This document shows positions 53,863 through 63,728 of a DNA stretch of 64,000 nt, piece after piece (the first letter of the stretch is position 1; each line of letters opens with the position of its first letter). Position numbers and translations under genes: made by a program. Origin of the DNA: an uncultured Chloroflexia bacterium (GTDB taxonomy: Bacteria > Chloroflexota > Dehalococcoidia > GIF9 > UBA5629); the NCBI GenBank assembly GCA_963848815.1, contig CAWKFY010000017.1:13852-77851 (forward strand), written 5' to 3'. The notes under the pieces were generated by a model that saw only the letters and a program-made list of their open reading frames with translations, was not told the origin of the DNA and did not search any database.

Positions 53863-55188
53863 ATGACAGTAAATAGGCTTGAACTATTTCCCCTAACAGT
53901 CCGTGTAAACAAGAGCGATCACCTAACGATAGGAGGCTGCGATTGCACCAGCCTGTTGTTAAAATATGGCTCCCCTTTATATGTTTTTGACGAGGCCACC
54001 ATAAGAAGCATCTGCAGGGAATTTAAAGAGGAGTTTGGATCACGCTATAAGAACTGCGTGGTCGCCTATGCTTCGAAAGCTTTCACCAGCAGGCCGCTGG
54101 CCAAAATATTGAACGAAGAAGGATTGGGCCTTGATACGGTATCAGGGGGGGAGATAAGCGTTGCCCAGTCTGTTGACTTTCCGCCGGATAAGGTATTCTT
54201 CCACGGAAATAACAAAAGCGAAAACGAGCTTAAAATGGCCCTGGACTGGGATTTGGGCCGCATAGTAGTCGACAATTCTTACGAGCTTGACCTGCTCAAC
54301 CGGCTGGCCGCAGAAAAAAATGTAAAGGCGAATATACTGTTTCGCCTGAATCCCAGCGTCGACCCTCACACGCACCGCCATACGACCACCGGCATCCTGG
54401 ACAGCAAGTTCGGCTTCCCCATCGGCACCGGCCAGGCTGAGCAAGCGGTCAAGTCGGCCATGGCGCTGAAAAACATCTCCTTAAAGGGACTTCATTTTCA
54501 CCTCGGGTCTCCTATCGACGACACCGACCCTTACAGACGGGGAATGGAAATTGTGCTCAAGTTCGCTGCCGACATGAAGGCACGCTATTCATTCACCATG
54601 CATGACTTCAGCCCGGGCGGCGGATTCGCCGTCAGGTATACCAGTTCGTCGGAGATACCTCCGGTCTCCGCCTACGCCGAGACCATCATAGGCCAGCTCG
54701 ATTTCTGGACTTCCCGGCTGGGTCTGGCCAGGCCCAGGCTGATAATCGAACCGGGACGCAGCATCATAGCCAGGGCCGGTGTGGCTCTATATACTGTGGG
54801 CTCCATCAAGGAGATCCCCGGGGTACGAACATATGTCTGCGTAGATGGGGGCATGGGTGATAATATCAGGCCGGCTTTATACGAATCCAAATATGAGGCA
54901 ATCCTGGCTAATAAGGTCTCCAGCCGTCCGTCTGACAAGGTTACCATTGCCGGGCGGTATTGTGAGTCCGGGGATATACTGATAAGAGACATAGAGATGC
55001 CTCGGATAACCTCCGGCGATGTGATAGCCATCCCGGTATGCGGCGCATACTGTATTCCTATGGCCAGCAACTATAATATGGTCCCACATCCGGCCATCGC
55101 CATGGTCAAGGATGGCAAATCCAGGATCATCCGCAAGAGGCAGAAGTATTCCGACCTCATGAAGTACGACGTCATGGGTAAAATATAA
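53863..55188 (+). CDS. lysA: Diaminopimelate decarboxylase
   Basis: YASKAF PLP lysine, FHGNNKS, SKFG, HFHLGS, GGGF, EPGRSI, CESGD. Confidence 0.95.
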   Translation: MTVNRLELFPLTVRVNKSDHLTIGGCDCTSLLLKYGSPLYVFDEATIRSICREFKEEFGSRYKNCVVAYASKAFTSRPLAKILNEEGLGLDTVSGGEISVAQSVDFPPDKVFFHGNNKSENELKMALDWDLGRIVVDNSYELDLLNRLAAEKNVKANILFRLNPSVDPHTHRHTTTGILDSKFGFPIGTGQAEQAVKSAMALKNISLKGLHFHLGSPIDDTDPYRRGMEIVLKFAADMKARYSFTMHDFSPGGGFAVRYTSSSEIPPVSAYAETIIGQLDFWTSRLGLARPRLIIEPGRSIIARAGVALYTVGSIKEIPGVRTYVCVDGGMGDNIRPALYESKYEAILANKVSSRPSDKVTIAGRYCESGDILIRDIEMPRITSGDVIAIPVCGAYCIPMASNYNMVPHPAIAMVKDGKSRIIRKRQKYSDLMKYDVMGKI

Positions 55189-56226
55189 ATGTGGCAAACC
55201 ACCGGTCAAGACCGGATCATTAAAATATTCAAAGATTCCCTGGCGCTCCGTTCACTGGCACATGCCTACCTACTCGTTGGCCCTGCTCATGTAGGCAAGA
55301 TGACCATAGCTCTGGATCTGGCCCGGGCCCTGAATTGCAGCAGCGACAAAGCTCCCTGCGGTTCCTGCCGCGTCTGCGAGCGCATCGGGCAGAGCAAATA
55401 CCCGGATGTAGTTATCATAGATAAAAACTCCGGCCGCGATCCGAGGGATAGAAAAAAGGCGACTGAAATCAGTATAGATACGATAAGGGAACTGATGCAG
55501 CGCTGCGCAAACCTGCCCCCTTATGAAGGCAAATACAAGGTATTCATAATAGACGACGCCGATTCACTGTCGGAAGAGGCCGCCAACTGCCTGCTCAAAA
55601 CCCTGGAGGAGCCGCCCGCATACATCCTTATTATATTGCTGACGACCGAAGAGCATAAGCTGCTGCCCACCGTTCTCTCAAGGTGTCAAAGGTTCGAACT
55701 TAAACCGGTATCCGTAAAAGATATTGAGGAAAGGCTGGCTGAAAGAGAAGGCGTGCCTGCCGAAAAGGTCAAGCTATTGGCCAGGCTGTCCGGAGGCTGT
55801 TTAGGCTGGGCTTTGAACGCCCTGGACGATGAAAGATATCTTGTTGAGCGCAAAGCCAGGCTATCCGAATTCATTTCTCTCATTGGCCAAAACTGGGATG
55901 AGCGTCTTGCGTATGTGCAGCAGTTGCCTTCGGACAGGAACAGCGCGGAGGAAATCATCAAACTGTGGATATTATGGTGCCGAGATGTAATGCTGGTAAA
56001 ATATAACTGTGATGCATCGGTCATCAATATAGATTGTGCCCACGACCTTAAAGCCTGGGCCAATATTATGACCGTGCCTGAAATAAAAGAATTTATTGAC
56101 GGTTTGAATCAGGCTATTATCAATCTAAATCACAATGCAAACTTGCATCTATTGTTTGAAGTGATAATGCTGGACATGCCGAGAAAGGAGAAGCGGAGCG
56201 AATACGCAATCAATTCCGCCCGCTAA
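55189..56226 (+). CDS. holB: DNA polymerase III subunit delta'
   Basis: HAYLLVGP..VGK, C..C..C zinc cluster, IIDDAD, AANCLLKTLEEPP, LPTVLSRC. Confidence 0.92.
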   Translation: MWQTTGQDRIIKIFKDSLALRSLAHAYLLVGPAHVGKMTIALDLARALNCSSDKAPCGSCRVCERIGQSKYPDVVIIDKNSGRDPRDRKKATEISIDTIRELMQRCANLPPYEGKYKVFIIDDADSLSEEAANCLLKTLEEPPAYILIILLTTEEHKLLPTVLSRCQRFELKPVSVKDIEERLAEREGVPAEKVKLLARLSGGCLGWALNALDDERYLVERKARLSEFISLIGQNWDERLAYVQQLPSDRNSAEEIIKLWILWCRDVMLVKYNCDASVINIDCAHDLKAWANIMTVPEIKEFIDGLNQAIINLNHNANLHLLFEVIMLDMPRKEKRSEYAINSAR

Positions 56227-56232
56227 TAAATA

Positions 56233-57045
56233 ATGGCAATTATAGTCGGAGTGCGCTTCACCCAGGCGGGTAAAATATACAATTTTGATACAGCCGGCTT
56301 GAGTCTGAACCTGAATGACCTGGTAGTGGTTGAAACCAACCGGGGCCAGGAGCTGGGAAAGGTCGTGATAGCTGCCAAAGAAATTGCGACCGAGGAGAAC
56401 GCCGAACCCTATAAGCCCATCATCCGCATGGCCACGCCGGAAGACGTTTCACAGGCGGAGCATCAGAGAGGAAGGGCGCGCAAAGCACTTTCCAAAAGCA
56501 AGGAAATGATAGAAAGCCTGAACCTCCCGATGAAGCCCATCTATGCCCAATATAATCTCGACGGCAGCCATCTCATCGTGTTCTTTTACTCTGAGAAGAG
56601 GATCGATTTCCGCGAGCTGGTACGCAAGCTGAGCCACGAGCTGAGGACGCACGTGGAACTCAGGCAGGTAGGCGCACGTGACGAGGCCAAGTTGATCGGA
56701 GGGGTGGGCAAGTGCGGCTGCCAGCTATGCTGTGTATCATTCCTGAATGAATTCGTGCCCGTTTCCATTAAGATGGCCAAGGAGCAGGATATCGCCCTCA
56801 ATCCCATGAAAACTTCGGGGCTGTGCGGACGGCTGCTTTGCTGCCTGGGTTATGAATACGATCAATATCGCGACATGAAATGCAAATTGCCGGATATAGG
56901 CCAGGAAATCCAGACCAAGATGGGAAAGGCCAAGATAGTGGGAAGGAACGTGATTAAATCAACGTTTGTGGCCGAGCTGGAAACCGGCGTGACTATTGAA
57001 GTCCCCATTAGCGAAGCTGTCGTGATAAATCCGTCCCGGACTTAA
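56233..57045 (+). CDS. ricT: PSP1 domain protein RicT/YaaT
   Basis: FY.SEKRIDFRELV..L...RTHVELRQVGARDEAK..GGVGKCG..LCC, SGLCGRLLCCL.YE. Confidence 0.9.
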   Translation: MAIIVGVRFTQAGKIYNFDTAGLSLNLNDLVVVETNRGQELGKVVIAAKEIATEENAEPYKPIIRMATPEDVSQAEHQRGRARKALSKSKEMIESLNLPMKPIYAQYNLDGSHLIVFFYSEKRIDFRELVRKLSHELRTHVELRQVGARDEAKLIGGVGKCGCQLCCVSFLNEFVPVSIKMAKEQDIALNPMKTSGLCGRLLCCLGYEYDQYRDMKCKLPDIGQEIQTKMGKAKIVGRNVIKSTFVAELETGVTIEVPISEAVVINPSRT

Positions 57046-57059
57046 GAGGCTGCTTAACC

Positions 57060-57581
57060 CTACCTCGCATGCGGCAGGTATTTCTGCCACTCCTCCCGTG
57101 CCCTCAGGAATTGATAAGGTATATAGAAACCCGTATTTCCCGGCGCACGTGGCTGTCTCAGTAAAGGCATGCCGGCCTCCGCAGGGGTCCTTCCGGCTTT
57201 GCGCCTGTTACAGGGAATGCAAGCAGCCACAATATTTTCCCAGGTGTGCTCACCTTTGCGCCTCCTGGGAATAACATGGTCCAGGGTTAGCTCCTTGCCT
57301 TCCTTGCCGCAATACTGGCAGGTATATTTATCTCTGTTGAATATCTCCAGCTTGGTCATCTTGCGGGGATGGGCGTGTTTGCGAATGAGATAAATCAGCC
57401 GGATAACCGAAGGTATCTCGTAGTTACCGGAACTGGCGGCAATATAACCGCGACCATTCTCCACTACTTCCGCCTTGCCTATAAGCACAAGCACCACCGC
57501 CCTGCGAACTTTGCAAATATTCAGAGGCAGGTAGTTCTCATTTAAAACTAATACGGGTTGATTAACGATTGTCTCGTTCAC
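57060..57581 (-). CDS. HNH endonuclease
   Basis: VLVLNENY.P, RD.YTCQYCG, LTLDHVIPR, WENIVAAC..CNRRK. Start placed at GTG 57581. Confidence 0.9.
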   Translation of the reverse strand: MNETIVNQPVLVLNENYLPLNICKVRRAVVLVLIGKAEVVENGRGYIAASSGNYEIPSVIRLIYLIRKHAHPRKMTKLEIFNRDKYTCQYCGKEGKELTLDHVIPRRRKGEHTWENIVAACIPCNRRKAGRTPAEAGMPLLRQPRAPGNTGFYIPYQFLRAREEWQKYLPHAR

Positions 57582-57646
57582 TTTAGTGCTAGAAGGTATT
57601 TTAACAGGAAATAAAGGCAGCCTCAAAAAAGACGAGACACTAACAC

Positions 57647-59056
57647 TTAGCCTTTTGTCTTCGGCCGAGGCCGCGTTGCCCTTGTCTCTTTTTTATCACG
57701 ATAGTCAGGTGCCGTGATATTAAGATTCATGCAAATCCCGACGTCAGCCAAGCGAGAACCGACGCTGCCGTCCATCTCATCAAGTGAGAGACACGTAGTT
57801 ATAACAGTTGCCAATCGGGCGTTGTAGCGATAGTTGATCAACTGGTAAAGCTTCTCCTGGGCCCAGGGCGTGGCCGAATGTTCGCCGAAATCGTCCAAGA
57901 TCAGAATAGGAATCTTTTTAATTTTTTCAAAAAGTGCATCGTATGAAACGCGGCTTTCGGGACTAAAAGAAGACCTGAGATGGTCGAGGAGGTCCGAAAC
58001 AACAATAAAAAGTACCTGCTTTCCCGATTCGCGAAGCTGGTTGGCTATGGCTGCTGCCAGATGCGTCTTGCCGCAGCCGTTGAGACCCTGTATGATCAGC
58101 CAACCCTGCGGGGACCCGGCAAAATTGCGAGCGATGCCGTAGACTTCTTCCAGGTTACGCAAGACTTCCTCCGGCAGTCTGAGCCGTTTACAGTTGAAGT
58201 TTTCGAACCTCATGCCTTTCAGGAGCTCGAGGTCCAGGCTGTCAAGGCTCTGCAGGCTGGAGGACTCCTTCTTCAATATCAGCACTTTGCTGACCTCCGG
58301 GTCGTTGATATGCCCGGCGTAATCATTGTCGAACTCTTCGACAGCCATGCTGGTGGTAATCAGGGTAGGCAGCCTGCTGTTGAAGCGATGCTCCAATAAC
58401 TGGTCGAGCTTACCCTTGGACCAAGCTGTCGTACCCGAATAGCTTAAGTTATCGAGGATGAGCAGTTGACTGTCCTTGATCTGCTCGAAAAGCTCATCGT
58501 ACTCAATCTCACTGTTGGGATTAAAGGCCGACCTCAGGTGATCGAGCAGCTCCGAAACGGTTATATAGAAGGCCGGATAACCCTGCTCTATACGGTGATT
58601 AGCTACCGCACAGGCCATATGGGTTTTGCCGCTGCCGACCGGCCCGACCAGAACGATCCAGCCCTGCGGGTTTTCGGCAAACTTATGTATCTCATCCAGT
58701 GCAAGCTGAAAAAGCTTTTGGGAGACGGGTGAATTACTGCGGCCGGCGGGCAGCAGGTTATCGAATGACAGATTGGAAAGGCCCCCCAGGTTGCTCATGG
58801 ACTGTAGTCGCGACGCCCGCTTTTTGGCGGATTCCTGCCGCGCACAGACGCAGGTTATCAAACGGCTGTAGTCAGGCTCGCCGGAAGGCGTCAGGGGATG
58901 GATAAACCTGGTTCCATGGCACCTTGGGCACTCAGGCTGCATTCCGCTATCTGCTGCTGGCGGCTCGGCATTACCGTTGGACCACGTGTCCGTATTTTCC
59001 CTTGATATATTTATCAGGGTCTCTTTCTTTCCGAGAATCTCCGAGATGTTTTCCAT
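57647..59056 (-). CDS. Tandem IstB/DnaC-like AAA+ ATPase with N-terminal Zn motif (putative helicase loader)
   Basis: CPRCHG..CVC, then two Walker A motifs (GPVGSGKT, GLNGCGKT), each followed by a Walker B (LLILDN, ILILDD) and T.ITT. Confidence 0.85.
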   Translation of the reverse strand: MENISEILGKKETLINISRENTDTWSNGNAEPPAADSGMQPECPRCHGTRFIHPLTPSGEPDYSRLITCVCARQESAKKRASRLQSMSNLGGLSNLSFDNLLPAGRSNSPVSQKLFQLALDEIHKFAENPQGWIVLVGPVGSGKTHMACAVANHRIEQGYPAFYITVSELLDHLRSAFNPNSEIEYDELFEQIKDSQLLILDNLSYSGTTAWSKGKLDQLLEHRFNSRLPTLITTSMAVEEFDNDYAGHINDPEVSKVLILKKESSSLQSLDSLDLELLKGMRFENFNCKRLRLPEEVLRNLEEVYGIARNFAGSPQGWLIIQGLNGCGKTHLAAAIANQLRESGKQVLFIVVSDLLDHLRSSFSPESRVSYDALFEKIKKIPILILDDFGEHSATPWAQEKLYQLINYRYNARLATVITTCLSLDEMDGSVGSRLADVGICMNLNITAPDYRDKKETRATRPRPKTKG

Positions 59057-59693
59057 CTTTTTTCCCTTCTCTTTCCCAGCGCTTTAAAATGCTGTGAATG
59101 TATTTCCAGTTTCGTACGTTAGCCCTGATTGCTTCCTTGAAAGCTTCCTGTATCCAGTCCGCCGGGTATTTATGTTCTGCTTCCTGTAGTTCTTCTGCAA
59201 TGATGGGCGTGAGCATCCCGATATTTTGCTCGTAGAGATTATATATATCGGAGGGCAGTTCACGTACGGATTCCTCGATTTTTCTTATGGCGACGTTGGG
59301 GATCTTCAATGCCCCGCTCATAATACTGGCTATGGTCTCCTTCTCGGCCTGATTGTTGAGGAAATAGGCGTCATCGTGCCGGCCGCCCGTCTCTATCGGG
59401 ATATGAAGCAGAATACCCTGCTTAACCGCCAGGTCCAGGGCATTTCTCAGCAGGTCGCCCGATTTGCCCGGTAAAGATTCCAACCCTTTCATCAGTACAG
59501 GGTCATTGATTAATTCCTGATAACTGACAAACCTGGGATAGCCCTTTCTTCTGCTCAGCAGAAACAGTGTCTGCATGACTGTCTTGGCTTCGGCCAGGCT
59601 TTCGATGCCGGGCAATACCTCAGTGAAGAAAATGTTGGGCAGCGGCGTAACCTCCGCCCTCGCCGGAAAACCCTTGAAATTGGTTTCGCTCAT
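58971..59693 (-). CDS. DnaD/phage replisome organiser-like domain protein
   Basis: From ATG at 59693 (MSETNF); C-terminal IYNLYEQNIG.LTP.IAEEL...WI.EAFKEA...N...W.YI.SIL.RW is a DnaD-type domain. Confidence 0.82.
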   Translation of the reverse strand: MSETNFKGFPARAEVTPLPNIFFTEVLPGIESLAEAKTVMQTLFLLSRRKGYPRFVSYQELINDPVLMKGLESLPGKSGDLLRNALDLAVKQGILLHIPIETGGRHDDAYFLNNQAEKETIASIMSGALKIPNVAIRKIEESVRELPSDIYNLYEQNIGMLTPIIAEELQEAEHKYPADWIQEAFKEAIRANVRNWKYIHSILKRWEREGKKDGKHLGDSRKERDPDKYIKGKYGHVVQR

Positions 59694-59715
59694 AGTCTTA
59701 TCACCCTGGTAACGA

Positions 59716-61107
59716 TCAGGTGACGGCGCCGACTTCAACGATCATGTTATCGAATTTCGTGGTTTCCTGTATGAACCTCAAGGGGACTTCGCCTGTGGGG
59801 CCGTTGCGGTTTTTGGCAATGATAATATGCGCAATCCCTTTAGGATATGGTTCCTGGTCGCCGTATTCCCGCTGCCAGTCCGCCTCCGTGGGATAAATCT
59901 TGTCCCAGCGGTGTATGAACATAACGACATCCGCGTCCTGCTCGATGCTGCCGCTGTCCCTCAGGTCGGATAGCTGGGGTTTTACCTGCTGCTTTAACCT
60001 CTTACCCTCCTGGCGGTGCTCGATATTGCGGCTCAACTGAGATAAGGCCAGCACCGGAGCGTCGATCTCCCTGGCCAGTGCTTTGAGGGACTGCGTGATC
60101 TCGGTAATCTCCTGCACACGGTTGTCATTGCGGGAATCGCCGCGGACCAGTTGTATATAGTCCAGTATCACCATATCTATATTACGCTTGAGATGAAGCC
60201 GTTTGGCCTTGCTGCGGATTTCGCTGATACGCATGTTGGGCGTGTCGTCTATATATATAGATGTATCCGCCAGCCTGGGAATAATATCGCGGTGCAGTAG
60301 TTTCTCTTCCAGGTCTGAAAATCTGCCCTTGCGGAAATGTTGCGATTCGATATTCGACTCGCTGGAGAGCATCCTCTGTATGATCTCACGACGGGACATC
60401 TCCAGGCTGAAGACAGCGATACAGGCTTTCTGATTGATGGCAGCATTGCGTGCTATATTCAAAGCCAGGCTCGTCTTGCCGATGCTGGTCCTGGCCGCAA
60501 GGATGACCAGCTCCGAACGTTGCAGCCCGCCCAGTGCATTGTCTATGGCATTGAACCCGGTCCTCAAGCTCTGCATATCCTTTTCGTAGGCGGTCTTGCC
60601 CGCCTCTTCGAAATAGGTGTTTAAGGCATCTTGAATGGGCACGAATTCGCCCCGGCCCTGTTTGTTTCTCAACCTGAAAATGATATCCTCGCAGCGGGTC
60701 AGGGCCAGGTCGACGTCCGGATCAGCTTTGTAGCCTATGGACTCAATCTGACCGGCCGCGCTTATCAGGCGGCGCATGGTGGAGAGCCTGAATACGATCT
60801 GAGCATAATGCCGAACGTGCAGCGAGGTCGGAACGATGGAAACCAGGTGGCTCAGGTAAGAAGCTCCCCCAATCTCATCCAGCTTGCCGTGACGCACCAA
60901 TTCCTGCGCTACCGTTATCTGGTTAATGCCTTCGTCGCGCAGAAACAGATTATGGCAGGCGTTATAAACAAGCTGGTTCTGTTCGCTGAAAAAATCCTCG
61001 GTACCAACGATGGTATCGATCTCCGTTATCGCTTCATTATCTATGAGAAGCGATCCCAGGACTGCTTCTTCAGCATCCAGATCATAAGGAGGAAGGGTCT
61101 CTTTCAT
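59716..61107 (-). CDS. dnaB: Replicative DNA helicase
   Basis: LPP.DLDAE.AVLG, AARTSIGKT, FSLEM, LDYIQL, LSQLSR, DLRDSGSIEQDAD, KNRNGPTG. Confidence 0.97.
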   Translation of the reverse strand: MKETLPPYDLDAEEAVLGSLLIDNEAITEIDTIVGTEDFFSEQNQLVYNACHNLFLRDEGINQITVAQELVRHGKLDEIGGASYLSHLVSIVPTSLHVRHYAQIVFRLSTMRRLISAAGQIESIGYKADPDVDLALTRCEDIIFRLRNKQGRGEFVPIQDALNTYFEEAGKTAYEKDMQSLRTGFNAIDNALGGLQRSELVILAARTSIGKTSLALNIARNAAINQKACIAVFSLEMSRREIIQRMLSSESNIESQHFRKGRFSDLEEKLLHRDIIPRLADTSIYIDDTPNMRISEIRSKAKRLHLKRNIDMVILDYIQLVRGDSRNDNRVQEITEITQSLKALAREIDAPVLALSQLSRNIEHRQEGKRLKQQVKPQLSDLRDSGSIEQDADVVMFIHRWDKIYPTEADWQREYGDQEPYPKGIAHIIIAKNRNGPTGEVPLRFIQETTKFDNMIVEVGAVT

Positions 61108-61118
61108 TTATCTCCGGG

Positions 61119-61566
61119 TTACTCCTCTTCAATTATAACCTTTATAACAGCAACGGCATCTTTGGAGAAAACAACCTCGACTTCGTGAGTTCCCACTTTA
61201 TGTAATGTAGTCTTAAGGGCTACCTTTTTCCGGTCGACTTCGACATTTATGAGCTTGGACAATTTTTCGGCAATATCGGCGCTGGTGATAGACCCGTGCA
61301 GGGTGCCCTTGGCGCTGGCCTTACCCTTGAAATGCAGCTCCTGGCCGTTGAGCTGCCCGGCGATGGTTACGTACTCGTCATGCTGGCGCACGCGTTTTTC
61401 TATCGCGTTCTTCAGCTATCTTTTGCGCCGCCTTTACGGAACCGGGCGTGGCCGCCATGGCAAGGCCTCTGGGCAGAAGGAAATTCCTGGCATACCCATC
61501 GGATACCTCTTTAATATCGCCTTTTTTCTCCTTGGCCGAGACATCCTCAATAAATACGACTTTCAT
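61119..61566 (-). CDS. rplI: 50S ribosomal protein L9; frameshift in an A5 run near 61398
   Basis: MKVVFIEDV...[14 protein letters not shown]; continues [10 protein letters not shown]...LHGSIT..DI...IKVIIEEE*. Confidence 0.93.
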
Positions 61567-61795
61567 GATTTGAAATCAAACTCCTTAATTTATATATTGT
61601 TTCTTTCAGTAAATATTATATCCAAATCGCCTTTGGGGGATTCGGTTGTTGTCGATACTATTTAAATTAGGTGGTGCGCAAGCCAATGGCCTTTTGCGAC
61701 TCTTGTGGCGGGTTACCGGTTGTACAGATCGTCTGGCATCAGGTGGGTCATAATGAATTTAAACTTCCAAACCTGCCTGCGTCCCATCGGCCAAC

Positions 61796-61825
61796 AGTTT
61801 AAATCGTTTTTGTGCTTATAGTCAA
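61796..61825 (-). promoter_or_regulatory. Candidate promoter for the rplI-dnaB operon
   Basis: TTGACT (61820-61825), 18 bp spacer, TAAACT (61796-61801); about 230 nt upstream of rplI. Confidence 0.4.
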
Positions 61826-61916
61826 GAACAGGCACAGGGTCACATACGCAGAAGTTCACACACGTTTATGCTACGACTTTATAGCTAAATTGAGAGCGCA
61901 AATCACGTTCATTTGC

Positions 61917-61945
61917 TTGACATTAAACGTATCTCAACATATAAT
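61917..61945 (+). promoter_or_regulatory. Consensus sigma70 promoter for yceD-rpmF-fabD-nusB
   Basis: TTGACA (61917-61922), 17 bp spacer, TATAAT (61940-61945). Confidence 0.85.
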
Positions 61946-61974
61946 GAGCCAAATTAATATCCGTACCTACTATT

Positions 61975-62484
61975 ATGCAAATTAACGTTGCACAGCTTCT
62001 TAAAGAGCCGGTAGGAGCAAAGCGCAACTATAAAGTTGATGAACCAGCCGGCGAAAATAATGATACCCCCGTGATTGGTGATATCGATCTCACTCGCACC
62101 AGCCGCGGTATACTGATGACCGGCAAATTGACCGCACAAATCAAAGGGTTCTGCTCAAGGTGTTTGTGCCCTGCGGGTGCTACTGTTAAATTTAAAATGG
62201 AGGATGAGTTTTTCCCTGTAACTGATATCAATTCCGGCTCTCATATAAATGTGCCGCCGGATGAATTTACGATCGACGCCAACCACATCCTCGATCTGGA
62301 TGAAGCTATCAGACAGTATATCATTATGGCAACCCCAACCAAACTGCTCTGTAAGCCTGATTGCCCCGGCATATGCCCGGTTTGCGGGCAGGAATTCGCC
62401 AGGGGAGATTGTAAGCATCGAAATAAACCTTTTGACCATCGTTGGGACAAGTTAGTACAGATAGAAAAGGAGAGCAAAGTCTAA
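61975..62484 (+). CDS. yceD: DUF177/YceD family protein
   Basis: CSRCL and LLCKPDCPGICPVCG Cys motifs, HRWDKL tail, directly upstream of rpmF. Confidence 0.92.
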   Translation: MQINVAQLLKEPVGAKRNYKVDEPAGENNDTPVIGDIDLTRTSRGILMTGKLTAQIKGFCSRCLCPAGATVKFKMEDEFFPVTDINSGSHINVPPDEFTIDANHILDLDEAIRQYIIMATPTKLLCKPDCPGICPVCGQEFARGDCKHRNKPFDHRWDKLVQIEKESKV

Positions 62485-62684
62485 TGGCACCACTTCCAAA
62501 GAAAAAGTATCCTAAAGCACGCCAGGGCAAGAGGCGCAGCCACCTGGCAAAAAGCCCTGCGGCAATGATCGAATGCTCACGCTGCCATAGCCTGAAATTA
62601 TCTCACCAGGTATGTCCGACATGCGGAACATACGACGGCAGGGAAGTCATCGAAATTAAAAGCCGAACGAAGAAGAAGAAATAA
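62484..62684 (+). CDS. rpmF: 50S ribosomal protein L32
   Basis: MAPLPKKKYPKARQGKRRSH...CSRC...HQVCPTCG.Y.GR; TAATG overlap with yceD. Confidence 0.95.
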   Translation: MAPLPKKKYPKARQGKRRSHLAKSPAAMIECSRCHSLKLSHQVCPTCGTYDGREVIEIKSRTKKKK

Positions 62685-62731
62685 TTCCGCTTAATTAATA
62701 TGCTGATCAGGCATTTCAAGGAGGGAAGTAA

Positions 62732-63682
62732 ATGGTCGAGGAAGTAAAAGTTGCCTATGTGTTTCCGGGACAGGAATCCAGACAGGTCGGCATGGGACTA
62801 GACCTTTACGTCCACTATAATGCAGCCAGAGAAGTTTTTGAAGAAGTAGATAAAGCTCTCGGTTTTCCTCTGTCGCGCCTCTGCTTTGAGGGGCCGGAGG
62901 AAGACCTGGCTCAAACCATCAACGCACAATCTGCCGTACTGGCCGTAGACATCGCATGCCTAAGGGCGGCGGAGAATATCACCGATTTTACTTTGCCCGC
63001 AGCGACCATGGTCGCCGGCCACGGGGCCGGTGAATACGCGGCACTGGTGGCATCCGGCATCATGAAGCTCGGTGATGCTGTACGCCTCATTCGTGAACGC
63101 GGCAGGCTGATGAACGAGGCCGGCCGCCGCAGGCCGGGCGGCATGCTCACCATCATGGATGTCGAGAGGGATACGATTGAGGGCATCTGCCTGACCACCG
63201 GCGTCGAGATCGCCAATATCAATTCTCCCGACAACATCGTGGTCGCCGGCGAAGAACAAAAGCTGGCCAAAGCCAGAAGGCTGGCACAGGTCAAGGGCGC
63301 TCGTCGCATGGTGCCTGTAAAGGCCAGCGGAGCTTTCCATACTTCGTTAATGGAGCCTGCTTTGGAAGGCATGATAAATGCAGTCTCACAATTCAAATTC
63401 GAAGCGCCCCAGATACCGGTGGTGGCCAATGTGACAGCTCAACCGATGACCGTTGTCGAAGCGATCAAGGAAGAGTTGATCAGCCAGATCGCCCACTCCG
63501 TCAAATGGCAGCAATCAATAGAAGCCATGCTGGCCAGGGGTATCACCACATTTTTCGAAGTCGGGCCGGGTGACGTCTTGACCAAATATATTAAGAATAT
63601 AAGTCCGGGAGCTCTTACCTTTAACATAAGCAATGCCCAGAGTACCAGCGAAATTATTAAATGGCGAAAGGGTGGCAGATAG
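62732..63682 (+). CDS. fabD: Malonyl CoA-acyl carrier protein transacylase-like protein
   Basis: FPGQES, QTINAQ, ANINSP, SGAFHT.LM, GPG.VL. The catalytic GHSLGE motif reads GHGAGE, so the nucleophilic Ser is absent. Confidence 0.8.
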   Translation: MVEEVKVAYVFPGQESRQVGMGLDLYVHYNAAREVFEEVDKALGFPLSRLCFEGPEEDLAQTINAQSAVLAVDIACLRAAENITDFTLPAATMVAGHGAGEYAALVASGIMKLGDAVRLIRERGRLMNEAGRRRPGGMLTIMDVERDTIEGICLTTGVEIANINSPDNIVVAGEEQKLAKARRLAQVKGARRMVPVKASGAFHTSLMEPALEGMINAVSQFKFEAPQIPVVANVTAQPMTVVEAIKEELISQIAHSVKWQQSIEAMLARGITTFFEVGPGDVLTKYIKNISPGALTFNISNAQSTSEIIKWRKGGR

Positions 63683-63728
63683 CCTGAGGCTCGATTCCTG
63701 AGCTATCTTCAGATATTCCGGTAATCGT

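Noticed and set aside
57060-59693. Prophage replication module (HNH, DnaC-like, replisome organiser)
   Set aside because: No integrase or structural genes; the block is embedded in the rplI-dnaB operon with core-like composition.
61668-61720. c-di-GMP-I riboswitch-like words (CGCAAGCC...GGCGGGTTACC)
   Set aside because: The first stem with its GAAA tetraloop is missing, and the segment is on the strand opposite rplI, upstream of the yceD promoter.
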